DNA from: Propionibacteriaceae bacterium
GTDB taxonomy: Bacteria > Actinomycetota > Actinomycetes > Propionibacteriales > Propionibacteriaceae
Reading direction: 5' to 3'
DNA length: 64,000 nucleotides
Assembly (NCBI GenBank): GCA_051654905.1
Contig: JBOFYY010000144.1
Location: 61,593 to 125,592, forward strand
Under the pieces are notes generated by a model. It made no database searches and was not told where the DNA came from. It saw only the letters and a list, made by a program, of their open reading frames with translations. The position numbers and the translations under genes are program-made. Positions 39,647 through 49,284 of the stretch are shown here, piece by piece (the first letter of the stretch is position 1; every line of letters begins with the position of its first letter).

Positions 39647-41335
39647 GTGCATATGCAGAAATTGACCGCACCTTCTCCGCTGAAACCCCAGACGTTGCGC
39701 ATCATCCCATTAGGTGGGCATGGTGACATCGGTCGTAATATGAGTTGCTTTGAAATAAATGGTCGACTGCTTCTTGTGGACTGTGGTGTGCTCTTCCCAG
39801 AAGATACCCACCCAGGCGTTGATCTGATTTTACCTGCTTTGGAGTATCTCCATGAGCGTATCGATGATGTTGATGGGTTAGTGCTGACACACGGGCACGA
39901 AGACCATGTGGGAGCAGTTCCTTATTTGTTGCGGCTACGTCCAGATATTCCTATTTATGGTTCCCAACTGACCTTGGCTTTACTGCGAGCCAAACTGCGA
40001 GAACATCGCCTGCGCGATACGCAATATAACGTTGTTGCAGAAGGTGATCGTAGTTCTATTGGGCCAGAATTTGATGTTGAGTTCCTTGCAGTAAATCATT
40101 CTATTCCAGATGCGCTAGCTGTTTTCATACGTACTCAGGGCGGTACGGTTTTACATACTGGTGACTTCAAAATGGATCAGTTGCCGTTGGATGGCCGGAT
40201 CACAGATTTACGCGGGTTCGCTCGTGTAGGCACTGAAGGCGTCGACATCTTCATGGCAGATAGTACTAATGCTGAGGTGGCTGGTTTTACCGTTCCAGAA
40301 CGAGATATTGAACCAGCTATTGAGCGAGTATTTGCCACCACGCAAGGGAAACTAGTTGTTGCCTGTTTTGCGTCGCACATCCACCGCGTACAGCAAGTTA
40401 TGGACGCTGCGGTACGGCATGGTCGAAAAGTGGTCTACGTCGGACGTTCCATGATGCGCAATATGGCAGTGGCTAGAGAGCTGGGATATTTGACGGTTCC
40501 AGGAGACACTCTCATTGATTTGAAAGATATTGATAAATATCGTGACGATCAAGTGGTTATCGTTTCTACTGGATCGCAAGGTGAGCCATTGGCGGCACTA
40601 TCTCGGATGGCTAACCAAGAACATCCAGTTATTCGTATTGGAACAACAGATACGGTGCTGCTAGCGAGTTCTTTGATTCCGGGAAATGAAAACTCGGTCT
40701 ATCGGATTATCAATGGGCTATCTCGATTGGGTGCTCGCGTTATTCATAAGGGCAATGCTCTTGTCCATGTTTCAGGACATGCCTCGGCAGGGGAGCTGCT
40801 TTATGCCTACAACATCGTAAAACCCAAGAATGTTATTCCAGTTCATGGTGAGATCCGACACCTTTTAGCAAATGCGGATTTGGCTGTGAAAACAGGTGTT
40901 CCCAGGGAGCGAGCTCTTATCGTCGAAGATGGTATGGTGGTAGATCTAGCAGATCATGTAGCTCGGATCGTAGGAAAAGTTGATGCCCCCTACATCTTTG
41001 TCGACGGTTCGACGGTGGGAGATGTGGGAGATGCTGAGTTCAGTGATCGTAGGATCCTGGGCGAAGAAGGCTTTATCTCTATCGTGACGGTTGTTGATGC
41101 ACAACAGCGCATGATTATTTCTGGGCCAGAGATCCATGCTCGGGGTTTTGCTGATGATGATTCAATTTTTGATGTGGTTCGCGGTCAGCTAGCCCAGGTA
41201 ATTACCGAGGCGCTGCAAGACGGTAGAACCGATAGTCATGATCTGCAGCAGATAGTACGTCGTCATATTGGACGTTGGGTGAGTCGTACCCATAATCGTC
41301 GTCCGATGATTTTGCCGCTGATTGTAGTGCAGTAG
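39647..41335 (+). CDS. rnj: Ribonuclease J (metallo-beta-lactamase / beta-CASP)
   Basis: LTHGHEDHVGA (HxHxDH) motif, a beta-CASP region and a C-terminal domain; 562 aa. Confidence 0.92.
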   Translation: MHMQKLTAPSPLKPQTLRIIPLGGHGDIGRNMSCFEINGRLLLVDCGVLFPEDTHPGVDLILPALEYLHERIDDVDGLVLTHGHEDHVGAVPYLLRLRPDIPIYGSQLTLALLRAKLREHRLRDTQYNVVAEGDRSSIGPEFDVEFLAVNHSIPDALAVFIRTQGGTVLHTGDFKMDQLPLDGRITDLRGFARVGTEGVDIFMADSTNAEVAGFTVPERDIEPAIERVFATTQGKLVVACFASHIHRVQQVMDAAVRHGRKVVYVGRSMMRNMAVARELGYLTVPGDTLIDLKDIDKYRDDQVVIVSTGSQGEPLAALSRMANQEHPVIRIGTTDTVLLASSLIPGNENSVYRIINGLSRLGARVIHKGNALVHVSGHASAGELLYAYNIVKPKNVIPVHGEIRHLLANADLAVKTGVPRERALIVEDGMVVDLADHVARIVGKVDAPYIFVDGSTVGDVGDAEFSDRRILGEEGFISIVTVVDAQQRMIISGPEIHARGFADDDSIFDVVRGQLAQVITEALQDGRTDSHDLQQIVRRHIGRWVSRTHNRRPMILPLIVVQ

Positions 41336-41471
41336 TGTCACTTTGTCTGTATCTTTGCGGCTCGATTAGGCGAACGCGCACTTAATCGGGTAGTCTTTCC
41401 AAGTTCCCTTTACAGGAACCCTAAAACCTATGTGCCCAATCCTGGGCGCGAAACTAGCAAGGAGAACCCCA

Positions 41472-41657
41472 GTGGCTGCCGTGTGTGACATCTGCGCCAA
41501 GGTTCCGAGCTTCGGCCACAACGTCCCTTGGTCGAAGAAGAAGACCAATCGGCGCTGGAACCCGAATATTCAGTCTGTACGCGCAACCGTTAATGGTGGC
41601 ACTAAGCGTATGAACGTATGCACCTCGTGCATCAAGGCCGGTAAGGTCGTTCGCTGA
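41472..41657 (+). CDS. rpmB: 50S ribosomal protein L28
   Basis: VAAVCDICAKVPSFGHNVPWSKKKTNRRWNPNIQ is typical L28. GTG 41472 follows AAGGAG. Confidence 0.93.
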   Translation: MAAVCDICAKVPSFGHNVPWSKKKTNRRWNPNIQSVRATVNGGTKRMNVCTSCIKAGKVVR

Positions 41658-41690
41658 TTTTAGTTATGCTTGCATCGTTGAGCTAACACA

Positions 41691-41733
41691 AGAGAAGCCA
41701 GGTTTCCTTCGGGAGCCTGGCTTCTCTAGTTTT
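41691..41733 (+). terminator. Intrinsic terminator after rpmB
   Basis: AGAGAAGCCAGG / CCTGGCTTCTCT is a perfect 12-bp stem, extendable by further pairs around a TTC loop. It is followed by AGTTTTA. Confidence 0.8.
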
Positions 41734-41753
41734 ATCTATAATTGTCTTAGGTA

Positions 41754-43985
41754 TTGGTTAGGGTAACAACCATGCTTTCGGTTTATCGCAGCGAAGCCTT
41801 TCGGGAACTCGACGTGCCGCTAGCTGAGGCTTTAGGAGAGAAGTCCGCTAAGGCTTTAGCTAAGTTACGACTTTTTACGGTAGGGGATCTGCTACGTCAT
41901 GTGCCACGTAGTTATTTCCAAGGTACTGAGGTTTCTGATCTAGGTTCGTTACGCCCTGGCGACGATGCCGCAGTTATGGCGCACGTAAGAAGTGTGCAGG
42001 AGTCTGGTTATGGAAGTAAGGCTCGGGTAGAAGCTACTGTCACCGATGGCAAAGGTATTTTGCGACTTACTTTCTTTTCTAAACATGAGCATTACCGCCG
42101 TCACTGGGTGGGGTTATTGAAACCAGGTACCCGAGGTTTGTTTGTGGGAAAGATCGGTGAGTTCGGCGGAAACTTACAGATGACTCACCCAACTTTCGTC
42201 ACGATTGATGAGCAAGGTAAAGCGATCGGTAAGAAAGATGCTGATGATCTAATTAGTTCTTTTTCGCGGTCGGGTTTGGTTGGGATCTATCCAGCAACAG
42301 CTACCTTGCCAACTTGGCAGATTTCGGCTTGCGCACAATTATTAGTAGACCGTTGGCAGGGGATAGCTGATCCATTGCCTCTTTGGGTTCGAGAGGCAGC
42401 TTTAGTCCCAGAGCTAGGTACAGCTCTGGCTGATATCCATAACCCTGATACTTTCGATCAAGCTCGAGCAGGATTGCGGCGGCTAGAGTTCGATGAGGCT
42501 TTTGGTGCCCAGCTGATGATGTTGCAGCGGCGTAGGCTGGCAGCTGCTTTACAAGCAGTGCCATATCGCTGCCGTAACGGAGGTCTGTTGGATGCCTTCG
42601 ATGCTCGATTACCTTTTGCTTTAACCCAAGGCCAGCAAGATATTGGCGAAGAAATCTTTGCTGATATAGCTAAAAATCGTCCGATGCAGCGCCTGTTACA
42701 AGGAGAAGTTGGTTCAGGTAAAACCTTGGTGGCATTGCGGGCAATGCTGACAGTAGTTGACGGTGGTGGGCAAGCTGTATTGTTGGCGCCTACCGAAGTG
42801 CTCGCTACTCAGCATGCTCTGACTATCAAAGAAATGTTAGGCAATTTGGCAGATGGGGGAACGCTTGCAGCTCCCGATCATGCTACGAGAGTGGTTTTAC
42901 TTACTGGATCTATGAATACGGCTCAGAAGCGAGCAGCGATGCTTGATATTGCTTCTGGGGAAGCTGGTCTGATCGTAGGAACTCATGCGTTACTTGCCGA
43001 CAAAGTTAGCTATGCACAGTTGGGGTTAGTTGTTGTAGATGAGCAGCATCGCTTTGGGGTGGAGCAGCGCAATGCGTTATCGGCTAAAGCCGAGAAGCGT
43101 CCACATGTACTCGTTATGACCGCTACACCGATTCCACGTACCGTAGCGATGACGCTATTTGGCGATTTGGAAGTATCTTCCTTGCGACAGCTGCCGCAAG
43201 GTCGTAGTGACGTCACTACGACCGTCGTAGATGAGTTAGAGCACCCTACTTGGGTAAAGCGAGCCTGGGCGCGGATCCGTGAAGAAGTACAACAAGGGCG
43301 GCAGGCTTTTGTTGTTGCATCTCGGATTGGTGGTCAGATACGTGCTCAGGATACTAGCGAGGATATTGGCGATGACCAGCTAGCCGGAGTAGTAGAGCTA
43401 TATGAGCAGTTGTCGCAAGGGGATTTAGCTGGACTGCGGGTAGGGCTGCTACATGGTCAGCTGCCAGCTGATGTGAAAGACGCTACGATGGCAGCCTTTG
43501 CTTCAGGAGAACTGGATGTGTTGGTTGCTACTACGGTGATCGAAGTTGGCGTCAATGTACCTAATGCTTCGGTAATGGTGATTGTTGATGCTGAGCGGTT
43601 TGGTATTTCCCAGCTGCATCAGTTGAGAGGACGTATTGGTCGAGGTTCTCATGCTGGATTGTGTCTCTTATTGACCAAAGCAACCCCGGATTCAACAGCT
43701 CGGGAGCGTCTCGATGCAGTTGCTAGTACGCGCGATGGTTTTGCGCTAGCTGACGTCGATCTAGAGCAGCGTCGCGAAGGTGATGTGTTGGGTTCGTCCC
43801 AAGCCGGAGGTCGTTCTCGGTTAAGGCTGCTGCGGGTTGTTGATCATGTTGATGTGATTACTCACGCTCGAGGAGTTGCTCTTGAGGTATTGCGTCGTGA
43901 TCCTGAGCTATCTGAAGGTGGTTTAGTCGATTATGTGACTTCGTTGGAGCGGCTTGCTGCTGATGACTGGTGGGAGAAAGGCTAG
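41754..43985 (+). CDS. recG: ATP-dependent DNA helicase RecG
   Basis: Wedge/OB N-terminal domain, and the helicase motifs GEVGSGKT, DEQHRFG and QLRGRIGRG. Confidence 0.93.
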   Translation: MVRVTTMLSVYRSEAFRELDVPLAEALGEKSAKALAKLRLFTVGDLLRHVPRSYFQGTEVSDLGSLRPGDDAAVMAHVRSVQESGYGSKARVEATVTDGKGILRLTFFSKHEHYRRHWVGLLKPGTRGLFVGKIGEFGGNLQMTHPTFVTIDEQGKAIGKKDADDLISSFSRSGLVGIYPATATLPTWQISACAQLLVDRWQGIADPLPLWVREAALVPELGTALADIHNPDTFDQARAGLRRLEFDEAFGAQLMMLQRRRLAAALQAVPYRCRNGGLLDAFDARLPFALTQGQQDIGEEIFADIAKNRPMQRLLQGEVGSGKTLVALRAMLTVVDGGGQAVLLAPTEVLATQHALTIKEMLGNLADGGTLAAPDHATRVVLLTGSMNTAQKRAAMLDIASGEAGLIVGTHALLADKVSYAQLGLVVVDEQHRFGVEQRNALSAKAEKRPHVLVMTATPIPRTVAMTLFGDLEVSSLRQLPQGRSDVTTTVVDELEHPTWVKRAWARIREEVQQGRQAFVVASRIGGQIRAQDTSEDIGDDQLAGVVELYEQLSQGDLAGLRVGLLHGQLPADVKDATMAAFASGELDVLVATTVIEVGVNVPNASVMVIVDAERFGISQLHQLRGRIGRGSHAGLCLLLTKATPDSTARERLDAVASTRDGFALADVDLEQRREGDVLGSSQAGGRSRLRLLRVVDHVDVITHARGVALEVLRRDPELSEGGLVDYVTSLERLAADDWWEKG

Positions 43986-44003
43986 AGCCTTTGCTCCCAC
44001 CAG
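43967..44003. terminator. Hairpin spanning the recG stop codon, between convergent genes
   Basis: CTGGTGGGAGAAAGGCT / AGCCTTTGCTCCCACCAG forms a stem of about 17 bp with a one-nucleotide bulge. Confidence 0.55.
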
Positions 44004-44013
44004 AATCATGGGT

Positions 44014-44433
44014 TTAGACCCGTGGCTCCTCGCCGAATTCAAAACGACGACCGCTCATCTGATCAACCTCAATACGTACGTAGTGAGGCTTGATCGTGCC
44101 AACCCACGGACGTAGCGGCATTTTATCCATGCGTGCTAGTTCGTGGTCTGCTGTTATCAAGGCAGCGTGTCCATTGAGGAGCACGGACATTCCATACTCG
44201 TCATTCCACGTATCTATCTCGAAACAGACATTATCGTGATGCGTTAGGGAAAGAAGTTTATTCCCTTCTGCGGTGCGGAAGATGATCGATTGACCATCGA
44301 GGGCGTAGTTGATTGGCACGATTGTAGGAGCGCCATCGGAAATGGTCGCCAGTCGGCCAACCTGCTGGCCTGCAAGCAGGTTCCAGCACTGGTCCTCGGT
44401 GAGGGGGCTGACGGGGCTTTCGTAGTTCGTCAT
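44014..44433 (-). CDS. Pyridoxamine 5'-phosphate oxidase-like (PPOX/FMN-binding split-barrel) family protein
   Basis: LTEDQCWNLLAGQQVGRLATI..GAPTIVPINYALDG is typical of this fold family. ATG 44433 was chosen. Confidence 0.8.
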   Translation of the reverse strand: MTNYESPVSPLTEDQCWNLLAGQQVGRLATISDGAPTIVPINYALDGQSIIFRTAEGNKLLSLTHHDNVCFEIDTWNDEYGMSVLLNGHAALITADHELARMDKMPLRPWVGTIKPHYVRIEVDQMSGRRFEFGEEPRV

Positions 44434-44503
44434 GACACCATCCTGCCGTAAGAAGTGGGTATGTGTGCAACATTGCGGCTGATCGATCGCTAGGGTTAGA
44501 GCT

Positions 44504-45085
44504 ATGACGCGCATTATCGCTGGATCTTTAGGGGGTCAGAAACTAGCTACTCCCAAGGGTGTTTCTACTCGTCCTACCTCTGAAAGGGTCCGAGAAGCCT
44601 TATTTTCTGCTGTAACAAGTTGGCTAGGGCATGAAGGTAGTGCAATAGATGCGTTGGCGGGATTAGCTGTTGCAGATTTTTATGCTGGCTCGGGTGCTAT
44701 TGGTTTAGAAGCTATGAGTCGTGGCGCCGAAAATGTCTTTTTAGTGGAGTCAGATCGAGCTACTGCAGATCTGATCCGCGCTAATGCTGCCAAATTGGGA
44801 GTACGAGTTAACGTACGTGCTGGATCAGTAGAGCAGGTAGTACGAGATAGTCCTCAGCAGCCATTCGACGTGCTGTGGCTGGATCCGCCTTATGCGGTAT
44901 CGTCAGAGCAAGTCGATCAGGTATTACAAGAACTGGTATTACAGGGCTGGCTGGCTGATGCAGCCCTTGTAGTGGTAGAGAGATCTTCGAGGTCGCAGCC
45001 GCCGTCTTGGCCTAGATCGATTACCGATACTTGGTTTCGTCGCTATGGTGAAACCACGTTGTATTACGCTACGAACGGAGAATGA
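44504..45085 (+). CDS. rsmD: 16S rRNA (guanine966-N2)-methyltransferase RsmD
   Basis: RIIAGSLGG..L..P.G..TRPTSERVREALF N-terminus, plus the DFYAGSGAIGLEA and DPPY motifs. Confidence 0.88.
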   Translation: MTRIIAGSLGGQKLATPKGVSTRPTSERVREALFSAVTSWLGHEGSAIDALAGLAVADFYAGSGAIGLEAMSRGAENVFLVESDRATADLIRANAAKLGVRVNVRAGSVEQVVRDSPQQPFDVLWLDPPYAVSSEQVDQVLQELVLQGWLADAALVVVERSSRSQPPSWPRSITDTWFRRYGETTLYYATNGE

Positions 45086-45579
45086 TGAAAATCGTGGTAT
45101 GCCCAGGATCTTTTGATCCAGTGACGCATGGGCATCTTGATATCGTCACTCGGGCTTCGATGCTTTTTGATGAAGTGATTGTTGCTGTTGGGCGTAATAC
45201 TAGTAAAAATGCGCTTTTTTCGGCTGATGAGCGAGTCGAGATGGTAGCTGAAGCAGTATCTGAGCTAAAGAATGTTCGCGTAGAGGCTATTGAAGGTCTT
45301 TTAGTGGATTTTTGTTCCCAACGCCATGCCACTGGGGTGGTAAAGGGGCTACGCTTTGCTTCAGACTTTGATTATGAGTTACAGATGGCTCAAATGAATA
45401 AGCAACTAAGCGGTATAGAAACGATTTTGCTGCCAACTGCGGCAAAGTGGGCTTTCGTATCGTCTACCATGATTAGAGAGATTGCTTTACTTGGTGGTGA
45501 CGTAGCTGACTTTGTGCCAGCCACCGTAAAGGATCACATTGCGGCACGAATAGCGCAGCTAGCAGAGGAGAAGAAGTGA
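45082..45579 (+). CDS. coaD: Phosphopantetheine adenylyltransferase
   Basis: CPGSFDPVTHGHLDI (the T/HxGH motif) and the ISSTMIRE-like SSTMIRE. Confidence 0.95.
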   Translation: MMKIVVCPGSFDPVTHGHLDIVTRASMLFDEVIVAVGRNTSKNALFSADERVEMVAEAVSELKNVRVEAIEGLLVDFCSQRHATGVVKGLRFASDFDYELQMAQMNKQLSGIETILLPTAAKWAFVSSTMIREIALLGGDVADFVPATVKDHIAARIAQLAEEKK

Positions 45580-46091
45580 CAGATATACAGAACCAAACTT
45601 CGAAGACCACTATGGAGATCTTAGAAAATCTTCGTACGATGGTAGCTGAGGCTCGTCCAGTGCCGATGTCGGCATCATGCATGCTGAATCGTGCAGAAAC
45701 GCTAGAACTTATCGAGGAAGCTTTAGCTGGTTTACCGCAGGAACTGGATGCTGCCAATAAGGTGATAGAAGCCTCTCAGAATGAGGTTCTGCGCGGAAAA
45801 GATGAAGGAGATCGAATCCGTATTGAGGCTGAAGAGTGGGCAGCCCAGATGGCTTCGCAGACGGAAATCTCTCGCTTGGCGCAGAAACAAGCCGATGAAA
45901 TGATTGCTGAAGCTACTGCTGAAGCTGAAGGTATTCGAACTGAAGCCGATCAATATATCGATACCCGGATGGCTGAATTTGAAGCAGTTCTAGCCAAAAC
46001 ATCGACACAAGTACATACGATGCGTACTCGACTTGCAGAAAGAGTTCCGCAAGCAGAAGATGGTAATGCATCTGAAATGCCAGCTTTGTAA
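45576..46091 (+). CDS. Coiled-coil protein of unknown function (possibly DivIVA- or ATP-synthase-b-like)
   Basis: The GTG start overlaps the coaD stop. The sequence is Glu/Ala/Arg-rich and heptad-like. In mycobacteria a DivIVA-domain gene occupies the position upstream of DUF177. The family assignment is uncertain. Confidence 0.5.
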   Translation: MTDIQNQTSKTTMEILENLRTMVAEARPVPMSASCMLNRAETLELIEEALAGLPQELDAANKVIEASQNEVLRGKDEGDRIRIEAEEWAAQMASQTEISRLAQKQADEMIAEATAEAEGIRTEADQYIDTRMAEFEAVLAKTSTQVHTMRTRLAERVPQAEDGNASEMPAL

Positions 46092-46140
46092 GCAAGGCGA
46101 TTAGCCCCAATAGGGGTGTATCGGTTAGAGTTATCAGTCG

Positions 46141-46737
46141 GTGGCGACGCTGTTCGCCCCCACACGAGTCGGAAGGGAAGCCTTGTCTACGCATCGCCTC
46201 ACGCCTGATCCGCGTTCTGGGTTGGTTTTATCAACTCATGACGTTGAACGTCGCGCTGGGTATATGCAAGAAAAGACTTTCTCAGCTCCGGCTCCTGAGG
46301 GGATTGGCAGTGATGTCATCGCGGTACCAGAAGGTTCTTTGATTCATCTTGAGCTTCGGCTTGAGTCGGTATCAGAGGGTATTTTGGTCTCGGGTGTCGC
46401 TGATGTTGAGCTAGCCGGGGAGTGCGCACGGTGCTTGGAAGCCCTTGAGGATGACCTTGAGGTGGATATCCAAGAGCTATTTGTCTACCCGGAGAGTGAA
46501 GCAAGCGACGAAGAGGTATCGAGAATCGTCGATGATTTGATTGATCTTGAGCCACTAATTCGGGATCAAGTGGTATTGGATCTTCCTTTTACGCCGCTGT
46601 GTGATGAAGATTGTTTGGGGTTATGTCCTACTTGTGGGGCAAATCTCAACAACTCTCCAGAACATAGTCATCAAGATCAGGTTGATCAGCGCTGGGCGGC
46701 TTTAACCGCTTGGCAGTCCCCAGCGGACACCCAGTAG
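46141..46737 (+). CDS. DUF177 (YceD-like) protein
   Basis: ECARCL ... C.EDCLGLCPTCGANLN cysteine motifs, and the conserved position upstream of rpmF. Confidence 0.85.
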   Translation: MATLFAPTRVGREALSTHRLTPDPRSGLVLSTHDVERRAGYMQEKTFSAPAPEGIGSDVIAVPEGSLIHLELRLESVSEGILVSGVADVELAGECARCLEALEDDLEVDIQELFVYPESEASDEEVSRIVDDLIDLEPLIRDQVVLDLPFTPLCDEDCLGLCPTCGANLNNSPEHSHQDQVDQRWAALTAWQSPADTQ

Positions 46738-46802
46738 AACAAGCGGCAAATTCGCCGCACCGAATGGTGACACAGTGTCACCACTTAGACGAGGAGTAAA
46801 TC

Positions 46803-46994
46803 GTGGCTGTTCCCAAGCGGAAGATGTCCCGCAGCAATACGCGGCACCGTCGTTCGCAGTGGAAGGCTGTCGTGCCGACGCTGGTGACCTGCGCGAACGC
46901 AGCATGCCGCGAGCAGCACCTGCCACACACCGCGTGCCAGGCCTGCGGCCAGTATGGCCCCAAAGGTAACCGTCGTCAGGTCCTTGAGGTCTGA
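46803..46994 (+). CDS. rpmF: 50S ribosomal protein L32
   Basis: [21 protein letters not shown] is the canonical L32 N-terminus. CxxC-type Zn ligands are present. Confidence 0.93.
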   Translation: MAVPKRKMSRSNTRHRRSQWKAVVPTLVTCANAACREQHLPHTACQACGQYGPKGNRRQVLEV

Positions 46995-47008
46995 TCGATA
47001 TTAGCGGC

Positions 47009-47692
47009 GTGCTTACGCTGCCAATCATTGAGAAGCTGGGGATTCAGATGGATCCCCAGCTCTTCTCTCTTGCCTTTGTACATCGTTCTTGGGCATATGA
47101 GAATGGTGGTGTCCCAACGAATGAACGTCTGGAGTTCTTAGGGGATTCGGTACTTGGTGTTGTTGTTACTGAGCATCTGTACCGGACGTACCCGGACTTA
47201 CCAGAAGGTCAGCTAGCGCCATTGCGAGCAGCCGTAGTCAATACCCGTAGTCTTGCCGACGTGGGGCGTGCCTTGCAGCTGGGGCCGCTGATTAAGCTAG
47301 GTCGTGGCGAGATTCGTACCGGCGGATACGATAAAGATTCTATTTTGGCCGATACGGTGGAATCTATTATCGGGGCAACTTTCTTGTCGGGTGGCATGCC
47401 TGCGGCTGAAAAGTTAGTCCATGAGTTGATGGACCCGTTGGTGGCAGCTGCTGCTAGCGATGATGCTGGACGTGACTTTAAAACAGCAATGCAAGATATC
47501 TGTGCCCATCAAAGTTGGCCGATGCCAACTTATGATTTTGAGGCGACAGGTCCAGACCATGATCGAGTATTTCAGGCATGGTGTGTTGTTGATGGGCATC
47601 GTTATGGCCCAGGAAAAGGCAAGAGTAAGAAACGAGCAGAGCAGCTTTCAGCTGGGATCGCTTTCAAAGAACTCAAACATCTACTGAGCTAA
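47009..47692 (+). CDS. rnc: Ribonuclease III
   Basis: Signature NERLEFLGDSVLG, plus a C-terminal dsRBD (GPDHDRVFQ...GKGKSKKRAEQLSA). Confidence 0.93.
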   Translation: MLTLPIIEKLGIQMDPQLFSLAFVHRSWAYENGGVPTNERLEFLGDSVLGVVVTEHLYRTYPDLPEGQLAPLRAAVVNTRSLADVGRALQLGPLIKLGRGEIRTGGYDKDSILADTVESIIGATFLSGGMPAAEKLVHELMDPLVAAAASDDAGRDFKTAMQDICAHQSWPMPTYDFEATGPDHDRVFQAWCVVDGHRYGPGKGKSKKRAEQLSAGIAFKELKHLLS

Positions 47693-47704
47693 TAATAAAA
47701 TCTG

Positions 47705-48598
47705 ATGCCTGAATTACCTGAAGTAGAAACAGTTCGGCAAGGGTTAGTTACGACTATTTCTGGTCGTACTATTGACAGCGTCGAGGTGCTTAATACTCGT
47801 TCTGTGCGACGTCATGAATCCGGTCCGTCAGACTTTGCTGATTCGTTAGTAGGTTGCACAGTAACTGATGTATGCCGACGCGGTAAATACTTATGGTTTG
47901 CTCTCGATGATGGTGATGCTGTCCTTGCCCATTTAGGGATGAGCGGACAATTTCGGGTAGATAAAGTGGATACACCACTGCTACGTCACACTCGGGTAGT
48001 TTTGCGGTTTGCTGATGGTGATACAGAATTACGCTTTGTTGATCAGCGTATGTTTGGCGGAATGTCACTGAGCGAAGGCGGCTCTGAGCTACCTGATGAG
48101 ATTGCTCATATTGCTCGAGATCCTTTCGATCCTCTTTTTAGTCAAGATGATGCAGTAACTCGATTAATGCAGCGTCGTGGTGGTCTCAAGCGGGTATTGC
48201 TAGATCAAACCTGGGTGAGCGGTATTGGAAATATTTACGCTGATGAAGCGCTATGGCGCGCTAAACTACACGGCGAACAACCGGCACATTTATTGTCTTA
48301 TGCCCATGCTGGCGAGTTAATTAGACATATTTGTGATGTATTGGCAGAAGCCCTTGCCCAAGGCGGAACCAGTTTTGATGCGCTCTACGTTAACGTGAAT
48401 GGCGAGTCGGGTTACTTTGATCGTACGCTCAATGCTTATGGTCGTGAAGGTGAGCCGTGTTTGCGTTGTGGGACAGCGATCGTGCGAGAGAAATTTGCTA
48501 ATCGTAGTTCGCATAGATGTCCGAAATGTCAGCGGCTGCGCTTAAAAATGTCAGTCCCTCCCCTTATTCTGAAAATGCCCAGAGATGGGAATCTATAG
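47705..48598 (+). CDS. mutM: Formamidopyrimidine-DNA glycosylase
   Basis: The MPELPEVE N-terminus and the C-terminal zinc finger CLRCG....RSSHRCPKCQ. Confidence 0.93.
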   Translation: MPELPEVETVRQGLVTTISGRTIDSVEVLNTRSVRRHESGPSDFADSLVGCTVTDVCRRGKYLWFALDDGDAVLAHLGMSGQFRVDKVDTPLLRHTRVVLRFADGDTELRFVDQRMFGGMSLSEGGSELPDEIAHIARDPFDPLFSQDDAVTRLMQRRGGLKRVLLDQTWVSGIGNIYADEALWRAKLHGEQPAHLLSYAHAGELIRHICDVLAEALAQGGTSFDALYVNVNGESGYFDRTLNAYGREGEPCLRCGTAIVREKFANRSSHRCPKCQRLRLKMSVPPLILKMPRDGNL

Positions 48599-48614
48599 AA
48601 GGAGGTGATTGCAG

Positions 48615-48770
48615 ATGAAGGTCTACGCATATCATTCGATCAATGTGTCGGATCCCGATGTCTATCATGATCATGACAACTGTCCTACGGGGCAGCAGAT
48701 CCCCTCATGGAATAAGCGTTCGGGGACCCACGGGTACCGACGTTGTGAGCAATGTACCCATATGGGCTAA
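48615..48770 (+). CDS. Small Cys/His-rich protein (51 aa), absent from the supplied ORF track
   Basis: ATG 48615 lies 7 nt after GGAGGTGA. The translation is MKVYAYHSINVSDPDVYHDHDNCPTGQQIPSWNKRSGTHGYRRCEQCTHMG, with a C-P..(19 aa)..C-x-x-C arrangement that suggests a small metal-binding fold. Confidence 0.55.
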   Translation: MKVYAYHSINVSDPDVYHDHDNCPTGQQIPSWNKRSGTHGYRRCEQCTHMG

Positions 48771-48915
48771 CGCTCGGCGGTTGGTCTTCGGAAGTATCTG
48801 GAGGCCAACTATGCGCGCTTTGGAGACGTGGTAATCCTTAAGGTTTTACGGAGTACTATAGCGATATTTCTAGCTTAGATATCAGTGGCTCCGATAGTCG
48901 TAATATTCGCTTAGT

Positions 48916-48962
48916 ATCGCATATATTAACTATTACTCATATTAAATGATGATATATGCGAT
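48916..48962. promoter_or_regulatory. 11-bp perfect inverted repeat upstream of or overlapping the hipB-like start (candidate operator)
   Basis: ATCGCATATAT (48916-48926) and ATATATGCGAT (48952-48962) are separated by 25 AT-rich nucleotides. Confidence 0.4.
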
Positions 48963-48981
48963 GTTGGTGTATCATCATGCT

Positions 48982-49284
48982 ATGGCTACACGACCTACGC
49001 CGTTTGGCACTATCAAAGCAGGAAAGTCCATTGGTGCGTATTTGGCTGCTTGGCGCAAGCTTCAAAACTTACCTGCGGCGGTTGTTGCGGACCGAGCGGC
49101 TATTTCTGCGCAGACCCTGAGTCGACTTGAGAATGGGGATGTCCATGTCGGTTTAGATACAGTACTCAATGTTGCTGCAGCTCTGGGTCTCCGGGACGAA
49201 ATCGTCGCGGCATTCGACCCATTTGAATCTGAGTTTGGTCGGGCTCGCTCCGATCAGGTGCTGCCGAAACGGATACGTCGATGA
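48982..49284 (+). CDS. hipB: XRE-family HTH protein, HipB-like antitoxin
   Basis: HTH region LAAWRKLQNLPAAVVADRAAISAQTLSRLENGD. Its stop overlaps the hipA-like start (ATGA). The start is uncertain (48946, 48961 or 48982). Confidence 0.75.
   Translation: MATRPTPFGTIKAGKSIGAYLAAWRKLQNLPAAVVADRAAISAQTLSRLENGDVHVGLDTVLNVAAALGLRDEIVAAFDPFESEFGRARSDQVLPKRIRR

Noticed and set aside
46702-47028. Overlapping ORFs on both strands around rpmF (46702..47028 minus, 46775..46969 plus, 46778..46963 minus).
   Set aside because: The L32 frame (46803-46994) has the canonical MAVPKRK N-terminus. The others are by-products of the locally high GC content.
48643-48834. The tracked 63-aa plus-strand ORF after mutM.
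   Set aside because: It has no ribosome-binding site and an Arg/Gly/Thr-rich sequence. It overlaps, in another frame, the 51-aa ORF (48615-48770), which has a strong SD and a coherent Cys/His pattern.
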